Source: Candidatus Thalassarchaeaceae archaeon (lineage in GTDB: Archaea; Thermoplasmatota; Poseidoniia; Poseidoniales; Thalassarchaeaceae). From it: a stretch of DNA of 64,000 nt. The DNA is taken from positions 34,363-98,362 of the forward strand of contig JAJPRE010000002.1 of assembly GCA_023700245.1 (NCBI GenBank), in the 5' to 3' direction. The notes below the pieces were generated by a model. That model was not told where the DNA came from. It saw only the letters and a list, made by a program, of their open reading frames with translations, and ran no database searches. Both the position numbers and the translations under genes were made by a program. Shown in pieces: positions 20,473-30,984 of this stretch. Within the stretch, counting starts at the first letter, position 1. Each line of letters starts with the position of its first letter.

Positions 20473-21032
20473 TGGGAAGATCGGACAAGATGAATACTTC
20501 AATATCAGTACTTAGACTAGGTCATAGACGAGAGAGGGATAAGCGAATAACTTCTCATCTAGGGCTTACTGCCAGAGCATTTGGTGCGGATGAAATAATA
20601 CTATCAGGAGAAGAAGATCCATCTCCTCTTCTGACTTGGAACTCAGTCTCAAATCGTTTTGGAGGAGAATTCATTTGCCGTTATGAATCTAAGCCACTAC
20701 GCTTACTTCGTAAAACTGCAAAAGATAAAAATACATTAATAGTTCATTTGACGATGTACGGAGAAAAGATGGAAGATATATTCGATAAATTTCCTTTTGA
20801 TGAGTCAATATTGATAGTTGTTGGAGGTACCAAAGTTCCAGGAGAAGTTTATGGATTAGCAGATTATAATATTTCAATAGGAAGTCAACCACATTCCGAG
20901 GTAGCAGCATTAGCAATTTTTCTTAATAATTATGTTGATATTGACTCATTAAATAATAAATTTTCCGGAGGAGAAATTAAAGTAGTGCCGACCAAAAGAG
21001 GGAAAAAAATATTGACACTAGAAGAAGAATAA
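20472..21032 (+). CDS. tRNA (cytidine56-2'-O)-methyltransferase aTrm56 (SPOUT)
   Basis: VLRLGHRRERDKRITSHLGLTARAFGADEIIL ... HLTMYG ... VGGTKVPGEVYGLADYNISIGSQPHSEVAALAIFL follows the archaeal Trm56 family pattern along its full length. Confidence 0.88.
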   Translation: MGRSDKMNTSISVLRLGHRRERDKRITSHLGLTARAFGADEIILSGEEDPSPLLTWNSVSNRFGGEFICRYESKPLRLLRKTAKDKNTLIVHLTMYGEKMEDIFDKFPFDESILIVVGGTKVPGEVYGLADYNISIGSQPHSEVAALAIFLNNYVDIDSLNNKFSGGEIKVVPTKRGKKILTLEEE

Positions 21033-21069
21033 TCATATCTAATGCTGCTTTTTATTCATATTATTCTCA

Positions 21070-22428
21070 ATGATTAATAGTCGTAGTTTGGCAGCAATAC
21101 TGATGTCAGACTCGGAAATTACGCGAGGCTTCTGTCCCGGCGCTTCTGGAATAGATGTAAAATCTCCTCCCATCTTTGCCGATGCTACTGATTTATTGAT
21201 CGATCATGATTCACGGCAACCACCTTCAGGTTCAAAAGGTGTTCTTATTTTGGCAGACGGGTCGAGGTATGAAGGAATTTTATTTGGCTTTGAAAGCATT
21301 ACTGAGGGTGAACTGGTTTTCAATACTGCTATGTCCGGCTATCAAGAAAGTATGACAGATCCATCATTTGCAGGTCAAATTTTGACATTTACCTGGCCAC
21401 TATTGGGAAATTATGGTATAATTCCTGGCATATCTGAATCTTCTAGAGTTCATCCAAGGGGGATTATATGCCGGCAAGCCATGAAGATTCCCGACCATAG
21501 GAATAGTATTGGGAGCATCCATGATTTTCTTTTTGCTCACCAAGTTCCAGGAATTGAAGGCATAGATACACGGTCATTAACAAAAAAAGTTAGGGAATTT
21601 GGGACACTATTATGTGCATTTGGCCCAATTGATAAAGAAAATGAAGTAAAAAATAGAATAAATAAAATGGTACATCCCGATACAGAAGACTTGGTCGCTT
21701 CTGTTACTTGTCAGGAATCCATAATTTTAAATCCAGGTGTTAAAAATATCGATGGAAATAAATTACCTAGATTAGTAGTTATCGATTGTGGGATAAAATA
21801 TAATATTCTTCGAGAACTATGTGCAAGATTTGAAGTCGTCTGGTGCCCGGCTTCAACCAAATTTAATAAAATAATTGAAAAATGGAATCCAGATGCTATA
21901 TTTGCATCAAATGGCCCCGGTGATCCTGCTCATTATGGAGATGCTAAGATAGCTCGTAATACTTTATCATCTGCAGTTAAGGCCGATATCCCAGTTATGG
22001 GAATATGTCTTGGACATCAATTAATGGGTCTTGCTGCTGGATTAAGGACATATAAATTAAGATACGGGCATAGAGGAGTTAATCAACCAGTTATTGATTT
22101 AGAAACGGGGAAAGTACACATAACGAGTCAAAATCATGGATATGCAGTTGAAGATCCGAATAAAGGCATGATAGGCCCTCATCCATCGGGGATGCATTCT
22201 GAGGCATCAAATAATACTCTCGGAGCAGATTTTAAGGTCCGTCATATTAATGCTAATGATCAAACAGTGGAGGGATTAGATTTGATTGATAAACCAGTAT
22301 TCACGGTCCAATTCCATCCTGAAGCTTGCCCAGGGCCACATGATGCATCTCTATTATTCAATAGGTTTTCAGCCATGGTTCAATTGTTTCTAAATTCGAA
22401 CATAATTATTGATGGAAGTGAGGTTTAA
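21070..22428 (+). CDS. carA: Carbamoyl-phosphate synthase small (glutaminase) subunit, with about 40-aa N-terminal extension
   Basis: FNTAMSGYQESMTDPSFAGQIL...GNYGI, the GATase Cys in GICLGHQL and the His in FHPEA. Confidence 0.9.
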   Translation: MINSRSLAAILMSDSEITRGFCPGASGIDVKSPPIFADATDLLIDHDSRQPPSGSKGVLILADGSRYEGILFGFESITEGELVFNTAMSGYQESMTDPSFAGQILTFTWPLLGNYGIIPGISESSRVHPRGIICRQAMKIPDHRNSIGSIHDFLFAHQVPGIEGIDTRSLTKKVREFGTLLCAFGPIDKENEVKNRINKMVHPDTEDLVASVTCQESIILNPGVKNIDGNKLPRLVVIDCGIKYNILRELCARFEVVWCPASTKFNKIIEKWNPDAIFASNGPGDPAHYGDAKIARNTLSSAVKADIPVMGICLGHQLMGLAAGLRTYKLRYGHRGVNQPVIDLETGKVHITSQNHGYAVEDPNKGMIGPHPSGMHSEASNNTLGADFKVRHINANDQTVEGLDLIDKPVFTVQFHPEACPGPHDASLLFNRFSAMVQLFLNSNIIIDGSEV

Positions 22429-25400
22429 TGCCTAGAAGAAACGATATCAAGAAAATTGCCATCCTTGGTAGTGGCCCTATTCGTATAGGGCAAGCTGCAG
22501 AATTTGATTTCTCTGGTTCTCAAGCATGCCGTGCCCTGAGGGATGATGGATATGAAATTGTAATAATAAATTCTAATCCAGCAACCATACAAAATGATCC
22601 TGAAATGGCAGATAAAATATATATTGAACCCTTGTTGCCTGAAGTGGTCAAAAGAATTTTAGAAATTGAAAAACCTGATGCATTACTTGCAGGAATGGGA
22701 GGCCAAACAGCATTAAATTTGGCATCAGCATTGGCACATGATGGATCCTTAGATCAACTAGGCGTTGAATTAATCGGTTGTGATTTAGTTTCTATTGATG
22801 AAGCTGAAGACAGAGATTTGTTTAAGAAGACATGTGAAGAAATAGGTTTACCTGTTTGCAAAGGCATAGCATGTTCCACTATAGAAGAAGTGATGTCCGC
22901 ATCAAATAAACTAGGTGGATTCCCGCTATTGATAAGGCCTGCATTTACACTGGGTGGCCTGGGTGGAGGAACTGCATTCAATACAGGGCAATTAGTAGAA
23001 ATTGCAAGTCAAGGAATTCTTCATTCTGCGATTGGACAGGTTTTAGTTGAAGAAAGTATTCTTGGGTGGCAAGAGCATGAATACGAAGTTATGAGGGACG
23101 ATGCTGATAACGCAATTATTGTGTGCACCATGGAAAACCTTGATCCCATGGGAGTCCATACCGGTGAATCTATTGTAGTCGCCCCTCAGCAAACACTTTC
23201 TGATCAGGATCACCAAATGCTTAGAGATGCAGCTCTTAAATTAATCAGACGATTAAATATCAAGGGCGGTTGTAATGTTCAATTTGCATTTGATCAATCT
23301 AGTGGAGATTTTCGCGTCATAGAAGTCAATCCACGAGTCTCGCGATCTTCTGCATTAGCATCAAAAGCTACTGGATATCCAATTGCTAGAATGGCAGCAT
23401 TGATTGCTGTTGGATATACCTTGGATGAATTGCCAAATCCAATAACCGGAGAAGGCACTACTGCCGCTTTTGAGCCAACATTGGACTATTGCGTAGTTAA
23501 AATCCCGAGATGGCCATTTGATAAATTTAGAACTGCCGATAGGACTATTGGAACATCTATGAAATCTACGGGTGAAGTAATGGCAATAGGACGTACTTTC
23601 GAAGAAGCGTGCCTAAAAGCATGGTCTAGTTTAGAATACGGTAGACCTTATCCTAGGCCACTAACTAATAACGAATCTTCGGATGGTGCCACGGAAGATG
23701 AAAACCAACCCTTGTCTACGGCTATATTGGAAGATTGGCTAAGAGTTCCAACTGACAGAAGGATAACTGCAATTTTTGAAGCATTTCGTCGAGGCTATAA
23801 TGTTGAAGATGTGAGGGATTTAACAGGAGGTATAACTCGTTGGTTTCTACATAGATTTGAAAGCATGGCATCTACGGAATTACAAATTAGGGCATCAGGA
23901 GAGATGGGCTTAAAACCATCTTTAATCTCAGAATTAGAATTAAGAAATTGGAAAGGTCAAGGATTTTCTGATATATATATTGCAGATGCACTTTCAGGTT
24001 TCCCCGATGGAGGGATATCTAATATCCCTGTTGGAGAGGGTGAATTTGCCGTAACATCTCGAAGGCATGAGTTAGGATTGCATCCTAAATATAGGATGGT
24101 GGACTCATGTGCAGCAGAATTTGCAGCAGTCACGCCATATTATTATTCTACTTATGAAGGAGGTAATACAAAAATTGGTATAGATCAGACGCCGATTGAT
24201 AAAAATAATGGTAAAAAGAGAATTGTTGTAGTTGGATCGGGGCCAATTAGAATAGGGCAAGGAATAGAATTTGATTACGCATGCGTACATGCAGCAGGAG
24301 CGATTCAAGATTTAGGGCATGAGGCAATAATAATAAATAACAATCCTGAGACAGTTTCTACTGATTTTGATACTAGTGATAGATTGTATTTTGATCCATT
24401 GTCATTGGAATCAGTCTCTGAAATATTATTAAGGGAATCTGCCGATGGGATATTATTACAATTTGGGGGGCAAACTGCTATAAATTTAGCATTACCATTA
24501 TCAGAAAATTTAAATCATTTGAGAAAATTTGGAATTAATACTGTCATTCAAGGAACTCCTCCATCTGCCATTGACGAAGCTAGTGATAGAGATCTTTTCG
24601 AAAAATTTGCATCAAGAAATGATTTAAGGATGCCAAATGGTATGATGGCATCATCGCCAAAAGAAGTATATAATTGTGTTTCAAATATTGGATATCCGGT
24701 TTTAATTAGGCCATCATATGTTTTAGGTGGAAGAGGGATGGAAATCTTGTCATCTGATGAACAACTGGAGACATACATGAAAGAAGCATATATAGCTAGA
24801 GATCGCCCATTATTGATTGATGATTATTTGGGGAATGCAGTTGAGCTAGATGTCGATGCAGTTTGCGACGGTAACGAGGTTTTAATCGGAGCAATAATGG
24901 AACATTTGGAAGAAGCGGGAATACATTCTGGTGACTCTACCTGTTTTATTCCGCCTCAGAATATATCTAAAAAAATAATTTCCCAAGTGGAGGAATGGAC
25001 AAGAATAATTGGGTTAAAATTGGGAATTATAGGCTGTTATAATATTCAATTTGCCATATGTGAGGAGATTCTATATGTTTTAGAGGTTAATCCAAGAGGT
25101 TCTCGAACATTCCCATTCGTCGCCAAATCAACAGGGATACCTTTAGCCAGAATTGCTGCAAGAATAGCATTAGGGGATAAAATCAAAGATTTACCAATTC
25201 CTTTACCTCAAAAAGATATAGTATGCGTAAAAGCTCCTGTTTTTCCATTCATAAAATTAAGAGGATTAGATCCCGCACCGGGTCCAGAAATGAAATCAAC
25301 AGGAGAGGTAATGGGTTCACATGTCAGGGCATCAGCTGCATATCTAAAGGCTAGATTAGCTACAGAATTACCAGTTCCAATAGAAGGAGGAGTTTATATT

Positions 25401-25802
25401 ACTGTCAAAGATAAGGATAAATTTGAAGTCATAAATCAAGCAAAAGCATTGCATAAAATGGGATTTAATTTATTCGCAACAAGTGGAACTTCAAATATTC
25501 TAAGAGATACTGGAAAATTAGATGTGACTACGTGCTATAGGATATCAGAAAGAAAATCCCCAGATGCACTAGATTTAATGAGACAAGGTAAAATTCACCT
25601 CATAATAAATACTCCTAGTTCTACTGGTGGTGCTGTTCTAGATGGTAATATGATGAGGAGGTTAGCAGTAGAACTCAATATCCCATTTGTCACTACCATG
25701 GCAGGTGCTAAAATGGAAGTTGAAGCCATTCTTGAAGCTCAGCATGGAATTCCTGAACCAAGATTATTAGATATATCGCCATTAGGAAAGATTGTAATAT
25801 AA
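22428..25802 (+). CDS. carB: Carbamoyl-phosphate synthase large subunit
   Basis: Duplicated ATP-grasp halves (GSGPIRIGQAAEFDFSG and GSGPIRIGQGIEFDY) and a C-terminal MGS-like domain. It overlaps carA by 1 nt. Confidence 0.95.
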   Translation: MPRRNDIKKIAILGSGPIRIGQAAEFDFSGSQACRALRDDGYEIVIINSNPATIQNDPEMADKIYIEPLLPEVVKRILEIEKPDALLAGMGGQTALNLASALAHDGSLDQLGVELIGCDLVSIDEAEDRDLFKKTCEEIGLPVCKGIACSTIEEVMSASNKLGGFPLLIRPAFTLGGLGGGTAFNTGQLVEIASQGILHSAIGQVLVEESILGWQEHEYEVMRDDADNAIIVCTMENLDPMGVHTGESIVVAPQQTLSDQDHQMLRDAALKLIRRLNIKGGCNVQFAFDQSSGDFRVIEVNPRVSRSSALASKATGYPIARMAALIAVGYTLDELPNPITGEGTTAAFEPTLDYCVVKIPRWPFDKFRTADRTIGTSMKSTGEVMAIGRTFEEACLKAWSSLEYGRPYPRPLTNNESSDGATEDENQPLSTAILEDWLRVPTDRRITAIFEAFRRGYNVEDVRDLTGGITRWFLHRFESMASTELQIRASGEMGLKPSLISELELRNWKGQGFSDIYIADALSGFPDGGISNIPVGEGEFAVTSRRHELGLHPKYRMVDSCAAEFAAVTPYYYSTYEGGNTKIGIDQTPIDKNNGKKRIVVVGSGPIRIGQGIEFDYACVHAAGAIQDLGHEAIIINNNPETVSTDFDTSDRLYFDPLSLESVSEILLRESADGILLQFGGQTAINLALPLSENLNHLRKFGINTVIQGTPPSAIDEASDRDLFEKFASRNDLRMPNGMMASSPKEVYNCVSNIGYPVLIRPSYVLGGRGMEILSSDEQLETYMKEAYIARDRPLLIDDYLGNAVELDVDAVCDGNEVLIGAIMEHLEEAGIHSGDSTCFIPPQNISKKIISQVEEWTRIIGLKLGIIGCYNIQFAICEEILYVLEVNPRGSRTFPFVAKSTGIPLARIAARIALGDKIKDLPIPLPQKDIVCVKAPVFPFIKLRGLDPAPGPEMKSTGEVMGSHVRASAAYLKARLATELPVPIEGGVYITVKDKDKFEVINQAKALHKMGFNLFATSGTSNILRDTGKLDVTTCYRISERKSPDALDLMRQGKIHLIINTPSSTGGAVLDGNMMRRLAVELNIPFVTTMAGAKMEVEAILEAQHGIPEPRLLDISPLGKIVI

Positions 25803-25830
25803 TTCTTGATTATAAAATAGTAAAAAGAAT

Positions 25831-27411
25831 TTAAAATGATGAATCTATTAAAGATGTCATATGGTCTATTCCGACTTCAGATATTATTGATGCAATCCTT
25901 GGCCCGTTATGCTTTCCTAACATTAACCAATAAAGCGATGCATAACATTCCTTAGCACTAATTCCAGACTCTTTAGAAATACTCCTAATAAAATTACCTA
26001 TTTCCTTTTCATTCCACGCGCAATCATTTATTTTTTTTCTAAATAATATTATGAATTCTATTTGATTTGAATTTATATTTTTAACAGCTTCTGCTGTTAT
26101 AGTTTTATGAATCACTATCTTAGAATTTTCAGGAAAATGAGGGCCATCTATCCAATGTCTCATACGTTCTAATCTTTCAATTAATATTTTATTTGGGTTA
26201 TTATCAATATGTCCACTATTCTTCAGTGATTTCCAAACATCCTCATCTTTACTTTTTATCTGAGCAAGTAATGATAGATGCCTAAAAGATACCCCTCCAA
26301 ATGATTCTTGAGGATTTTCTCCTCTATTTATTTGACTAAGATTCAATGCACCAATATTGGTTTCCTTTGCTATTTTTTGCCTTCTAGTCAATCCATCAAT
26401 TTCATCTGTAGTCGTTTCAGACAATAATCTTTCATATTCATCTGCTGTATCAAATAATGTGGCGCCAGTATCAAAATCAATATGCCGATTTACCTTACTT
26501 CTAGCAATGACATATCTTAATATCTCTGGAGGGACTAAATTTAATGCTTCAACTGGACCTATTGTTACTCCTTTTGAGCTTGACATTGGCCCCATGCCCT
26601 TCAACTGAATCCATTCATAAACCATCTTTTTTGGTGGCTCACTACCTAATAATTTACAAATTGGGATTCCAGTATCATAACTTCCTCCGGCCGAACCGTG
26701 ATCTTTGCCAGCAGGTTCAGAAGTTATTGCATGTATGCCCCAACGAGCCGCCCAATCAATCCTCCAGGGTAATTTTCCTTCTGCCTTCATGATATTTGAT
26801 TTCCCCTCAATTCCTAACCTGTCTGTCCAGTAAACATATGGTTTTTCATATCTAGTCACCTTTACCCCGTCCATACTGCCGTCTGAGCCAATTGGACTAT
26901 AGGGAAACCAGTCATCTTGTAGTTCCCTGCCTGAAATATTTTCAATTATCTCCCTTATGTGTTCTTTTTGTATTATTGCTGCGTCTATCTTTTCTGCAAA
27001 TCTCCCATCTGCATATACTTGATGATTCATTACGATTTCAGGAAATACTCCTATTTTTTTTAATGATTCTAAAAATGGATTAAGAAAATATTCTGCATAA
27101 CTTTTTCCATTTTTATCTGGATCTCCATTTTTATCTGGGGCAGGAATAAAGGCCAATGGTGTACCAATATATTTTTCATAGCTTGGAGATAAGAAATCAT
27201 ACACCCTTCTCAGAGGATCCATTGAATCAACGATAAAAATATATTTTGATTCAAGCCCTATGTCAAGGCATGCCCGATGAATCATTTCCGCTGTTAATAT
27301 TTCTCTTATGTGGCCAATATGGAAATCTCCGGACGGAGTGATTCCAGACGCACAAACTTGTGATGCATTATTTTCACTCAGTTTCTGAGCAGCGTGATGG
27401 GCCCAATGCAT
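25831..27411 (-). CDS. lysK: Lysyl-tRNA synthetase, class I (archaeal type)
   Basis: HIGH motif (PSGDFHIGHIREIL) and KMSKS-like MSSSKG, at the length of class I LysRS. Confidence 0.85.
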   Translation of the reverse strand: MHWAHHAAQKLSENNASQVCASGITPSGDFHIGHIREILTAEMIHRACLDIGLESKYIFIVDSMDPLRRVYDFLSPSYEKYIGTPLAFIPAPDKNGDPDKNGKSYAEYFLNPFLESLKKIGVFPEIVMNHQVYADGRFAEKIDAAIIQKEHIREIIENISGRELQDDWFPYSPIGSDGSMDGVKVTRYEKPYVYWTDRLGIEGKSNIMKAEGKLPWRIDWAARWGIHAITSEPAGKDHGSAGGSYDTGIPICKLLGSEPPKKMVYEWIQLKGMGPMSSSKGVTIGPVEALNLVPPEILRYVIARSKVNRHIDFDTGATLFDTADEYERLLSETTTDEIDGLTRRQKIAKETNIGALNLSQINRGENPQESFGGVSFRHLSLLAQIKSKDEDVWKSLKNSGHIDNNPNKILIERLERMRHWIDGPHFPENSKIVIHKTITAEAVKNINSNQIEFIILFRKKINDCAWNEKEIGNFIRSISKESGISAKECYASLYWLMLGKHNGPRIASIISEVGIDHMTSLIDSSF

Positions 27412-27420
27412 ATCAAAGCC

Positions 27421-28002
27421 TCAAACAGAAACTACTCTAATCAAGCCTCTCAGAGAAACTCCTTCTAATTCATCAGCAGTTGATTTATTGGCTAATACTA
27501 GGCATAATTGAACATCTGCACCAAGAGATTTAAGATTATTTATAGTTTTCTTCATGGTGGTTCCGGAAGATATGACATCATCAACAATTACGACTTTTTT
27601 TCCTCTAACATCGGCATAAACATCTGAAATATGGCCATTTCCATTATCATGTATACTTCTACTTATGGATATCTCTAAATCCATCATGCTTGCTATCGAT
27701 TGAGCAAAAACAATACCATTAAGACTTATTCCTACGACTACTTCTATGGCATCCCCGCACTCTTCTTCTATTATGTCACAAAATATAGATGAAATTGCTT
27801 CAATTCTTGAGCCCTTGACTGCTATTGATCTCCAGCCAATTCGAATATCTTTTGGTGGTTCTTCTATGGTTTCTTTTGCTGATAGCCACATCACCGTAGT
27901 CTGTGAAAGTGACATCTCATCAGCAATTTGTTGAGTGCTTAATCCATCTGAACGATAACTCTCTACCTGGGCTCTAAGTTCATCAATACTCATTTGCATC
28001 AT
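27421..28002 (-). CDS. HTH-PRTase fusion regulator (GfcR / PyrE-like transcriptional regulator)
   Basis: N-terminal HTH (LSTQQIADEMSLSQTTV) plus the type-I PRTase PRPP-binding loop VVIVDDVISSGTTM. Confidence 0.65.
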   Translation of the reverse strand: MMQMSIDELRAQVESYRSDGLSTQQIADEMSLSQTTVMWLSAKETIEEPPKDIRIGWRSIAVKGSRIEAISSIFCDIIEEECGDAIEVVVGISLNGIVFAQSIASMMDLEISISRSIHDNGNGHISDVYADVRGKKVVIVDDVISSGTTMKKTINNLKSLGADVQLCLVLANKSTADELEGVSLRGLIRVVSV

Positions 28003-28073
28003 GCTTGCCGAGTGCTTGAGTGCTATGAATCCACCGATAATATATTGTAATTATTGCATAAAAATCAATTTTT

Positions 28074-28643
28074 TTAAAATTTACCAGTACTGCCGAAGCC
28101 ACCATGTCCTCTTTCCGTTATGCCCAAATCATCAATACTGACCTCGGTAAAATAAACTTCTGGTATAGGAGAAATAAGTAATTGTGCAATTCTTTCCCCT
28201 TCAGTTATGGTGTATGAATCATGTTGGCCAATCCAAGTCATAAGAACAAATAATTCTCCTCTATAGTCAGAATCAATTGTACCTATACTATGTGGGAGTA
28301 TTAGGCCCTTTTTTCCCAAAGATGAACGTGCCCTGACTTGACCCTCGAACCCATTGGGAATAGCAACATGTATTCCTGTTCTGACTTTTACACTTTTTCG
28401 AAATGGAACAACAGTATCTTCTATTGCATATAGGTCCCAACCAGCGGCATAAATACTACCTTTTGTTGGAATTTTTGCTTTTGGATCTACTGCAGAAACT
28501 CTAACTTCTACTGGTTCACTCATATATATTGGAAAGACCCAGTACTTTTCACACTTGGTGATAATGTCTTTCCGGTGACGTGAAAAAGGAGATGCCACTG
28601 GGACGTCCAATGACTGACTACGAATCTCTTCTTGATAGAGCAA
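28074..28643 (-). CDS. dut: dUTP diphosphatase (dUTPase)
   Basis: Motifs PTKGSIYAAGWDLYA and GTIDSDYRGE. The real start is probably MSEPVEV at about 28527, because the ORF-track start overlaps the aIF2-beta gene. Confidence 0.8.
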   Translation of the reverse strand: MLYQEEIRSQSLDVPVASPFSRHRKDIITKCEKYWVFPIYMSEPVEVRVSAVDPKAKIPTKGSIYAAGWDLYAIEDTVVPFRKSVKVRTGIHVAIPNGFEGQVRARSSLGKKGLILPHSIGTIDSDYRGELFVLMTWIGQHDSYTITEGERIAQLLISPIPEVYFTEVSIDDLGITERGHGGFGSTGKF

Positions 28644-29014
28644 GAGATAGAATTCCTAAGGATATTAGCGAAAGATCAAGATGGACTATGCCTGAACCTG
28701 ATGTCCTTATAGAAGGGAGTCAAACAATTCTGAGAAACTTTTCAGATATTGTTGATTCTATGGATAGGGATTCAAATCATGTTTACCAATATTTATTGAA
28801 CGAACTTGGAACTTCTGGGACACGAGAAAAAGTACGAATTATGTTCAAGGGCAGAGTCCCTCCTAAAAGAATAAAGGAGAAAATTGTTTCTTATGTTAAA
28901 TCTTATGTGATATGTAGCCAATGCCGTGCACCTGATACTAGTTTCATAAAAGAAGCTAGAACCACCTTGCTCAAGTGCCAAGCATGCGGAGCTACTCGTC
29001 CAGTCAGGCTTTAA
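28580..29014 (+). CDS. Translation initiation factor 2 beta subunit (aIF2-beta)
   Basis: DYESLLDRARDRIP, the RVPPKRI core and a C4 zinc ribbon (CSQCRAPDT...CQACGA). The likely start is MTDYESLL at about 28610. Confidence 0.8.
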   Translation: MKKEMPLGRPMTDYESLLDRARDRIPKDISERSRWTMPEPDVLIEGSQTILRNFSDIVDSMDRDSNHVYQYLLNELGTSGTREKVRIMFKGRVPPKRIKEKIVSYVKSYVICSQCRAPDTSFIKEARTTLLKCQACGATRPVRL

Positions 29015-29017
29015 CTT

Positions 29018-30043
29018 TCATATTGGAGAAAAATCTAATAATATCTTCCCGCGATTCTTTCTGTTATGCATATGAATATGAGCCTCAGAAACTTTTTCAA
29101 ATCTCCAAACTGAATCAATAATTGGATTAATTGCTTTTTTACTCATTAGTTCACTAAGCACCAATAGATGATTTCTAAATATCTCTTCATCTTTTATTCT
29201 GCCCATATGGACTCCAAATATGGATTTATTGGAATTCATCATATCAAGTGCATTAAATTTTGGAGTCGTCTTTATCATTTTAAGTGCAGCAAAAATTGAT
29301 CTGGTCTTACGTGGAACGGCAGATGACGCACCGAAAATATGCAATTTACCACCATTTCTTAATGATTTATATGATTTTAATAAATGTTTTCCAGCAACCG
29401 GATCTAGCGCTTGATGAACTCCAAGGCCATTAGTTAATCCTTTACAAATATCTACAAAATCTTCTTTATCTTTATCAATAAAATACATTCCTAATGATTC
29501 TACAAATTCCTTTTTGGATTCAGAAGCTGTTCCTATTATCATTCCTGCGCCATGAGTCTGGCATATTTGCGCCGCTGCAGTCCCAACTCCTCCGGCTGCA
29601 TGATGAATCAATATGGAATCTCCCTTTTGTAAATTACCTAAATAAATCAGCATATGATATGCCGTACAATATGTGACGGGAATAGCCGCAGCTTGATCAA
29701 AACTAACATTATCAGGTATTGGCATAACTCTCATGGAATCAATTATTACTTCTTCTGAATATCCTCCAAAACCAGTTAATCCAATTACTCGTTGATCAAT
29801 TTGAAGATTTTTTACTTCTGGGCCTAACTCACTTATCACTCCTGAGACCTCATATCCTGGAGTAAATGGAAATTCTGGAGCCGAACCATACAATCCCTGC
29901 CTCATCATTAGATCAGCAAAATTTATCCCAGCTCTATGTACCCTTATTCTAACTTGATTTTCGCTAATTTTCTTATGTTTTATCTCAACAATTTTAATTG
30001 ATTCCGGGCCACCAACTTTGGGATAAATTATTTTTTTCATCAA
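29018..30043 (-). CDS. Zn-independent MDR-family NADPH:quinone oxidoreductase
   Basis: GINFADLMMRQGLY and GAAGGVGTAAAQI Rossmann motif, at QOR-like length. Confidence 0.8.
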   Translation of the reverse strand: MMKKIIYPKVGGPESIKIVEIKHKKISENQVRIRVHRAGINFADLMMRQGLYGSAPEFPFTPGYEVSGVISELGPEVKNLQIDQRVIGLTGFGGYSEEVIIDSMRVMPIPDNVSFDQAAAIPVTYCTAYHMLIYLGNLQKGDSILIHHAAGGVGTAAAQICQTHGAGMIIGTASESKKEFVESLGMYFIDKDKEDFVDICKGLTNGLGVHQALDPVAGKHLLKSYKSLRNGGKLHIFGASSAVPRKTRSIFAALKMIKTTPKFNALDMMNSNKSIFGVHMGRIKDEEIFRNHLLVLSELMSKKAINPIIDSVWRFEKVSEAHIHMHNRKNRGKILLDFSPI

Positions 30044-30061
30044 AATACTTCCTTATGCTCA

Positions 30062-30631
30062 TCAAGGCAAATAAAATCTAATCCCAGATATTGATTTTTT
30101 CTTACGCTCTGGAATGATTTCTGGATAGCCCACCCTTATGAATCCGATAATACGCTCTTTTTCACTTGAGATATTAAGAGCCCGATAACTCATTTCATGC
30201 CTAGTTATTGATCCTGTGCTCCATTGTGATCCTATGCCTTGTTCCCACATAGATAATACGAAATTATGCAATGCGCAAACAGTTGCTGCATAATCTTCCT
30301 CGTCTCTAAATGCATCATTGATATTTATTGACGTAGTCACCGCAATTAATTCTGGGGCATCTTTAATTTTTGAAATTGCTTTATTAATTCCAAATTCAAC
30401 ATCTTCTTTACTATTCAATGCCTTTTCTCTTGCCATTAATTCTACAATAGGAATAATTTTATTTCTTGTCTCTTTTCCCATTATATAAAATTTCCAAGGA
30501 TGTGTCTGTTTATGACAGGGTGCGTGCCTTGCCGCTTCAAACCCTGTTTCTAGATAATTATGTTCAATACTCCTGTTTGAAAATCTATATATTGATCTTC
30601 TTGTTAATAAATTATTTTGAACTTTTGACAT
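30062..30631 (-). CDS. Nitroreductase-family flavoprotein
   Basis: About 190 aa with the RRS.R N-terminal motif (LTRRSIYRF) and the overall nitroreductase pattern. Confidence 0.65.
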   Translation of the reverse strand: MSKVQNNLLTRRSIYRFSNRSIEHNYLETGFEAARHAPCHKQTHPWKFYIMGKETRNKIIPIVELMAREKALNSKEDVEFGINKAISKIKDAPELIAVTTSININDAFRDEEDYAATVCALHNFVLSMWEQGIGSQWSTGSITRHEMSYRALNISSEKERIIGFIRVGYPEIIPERKKKSISGIRFYLP

Positions 30632-30642
30632 AATCGGTCTTC

Positions 30643-30984
30643 CTAATCCAAAGTATCAAATTTCGCAGCTAGGATAAAATCAGATTCAGTTAAACCATCT
30701 ATTTTATGAGTGTAGATAATTGCCTTCACTCTTCCCCATCCAATTTCAAAGTCTGCATGATGATTCTCTTCTTCACAAATTGCACCAAGTTTTACGGCAT
30801 GATCAAGTGCATTTTGAAAGTTATCAAACTTCCAATTTCTCTCTAAATGATGAACCAATATTACTTCCCAACTATTATCTAAAGACATTAATAATTCATC
30901 ACATTCTTTCTCTTCTAGGGCAGGTACCCCTCCCTCACAAGGTATGCATCTTTTATTTTTTAATTCCATCTTAATCAATCCCAA
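30643..30984 (-). CDS. Pterin-4a-carbinolamine dehydratase (PCD/DCoH)-like
   Basis: About 113 aa. EENHHADFEIGWGRVKAIIYTHKIDGLTESDFILAAKFD matches the PCD [EH]HHP..W...TH..GL..D..LA..D pattern. Confidence 0.6.
   Translation of the reverse strand: MGLIKMELKNKRCIPCEGGVPALEEKECDELLMSLDNSWEVILVHHLERNWKFDNFQNALDHAVKLGAICEEENHHADFEIGWGRVKAIIYTHKIDGLTESDFILAAKFDTLD

Noticed and set aside
28527-28643. Apparent 60-nt overlap of the dut and aIF2-beta ORFs, and the folP/membrane-protein overlap at 19825-19884
   Set aside because: These are artefacts of longest-ORF calling. Internal Met residues preceding the conserved N-termini (MSEPVEV, MTDYESLL, MADWRPI, MDSIIQRL) remove the overlaps.
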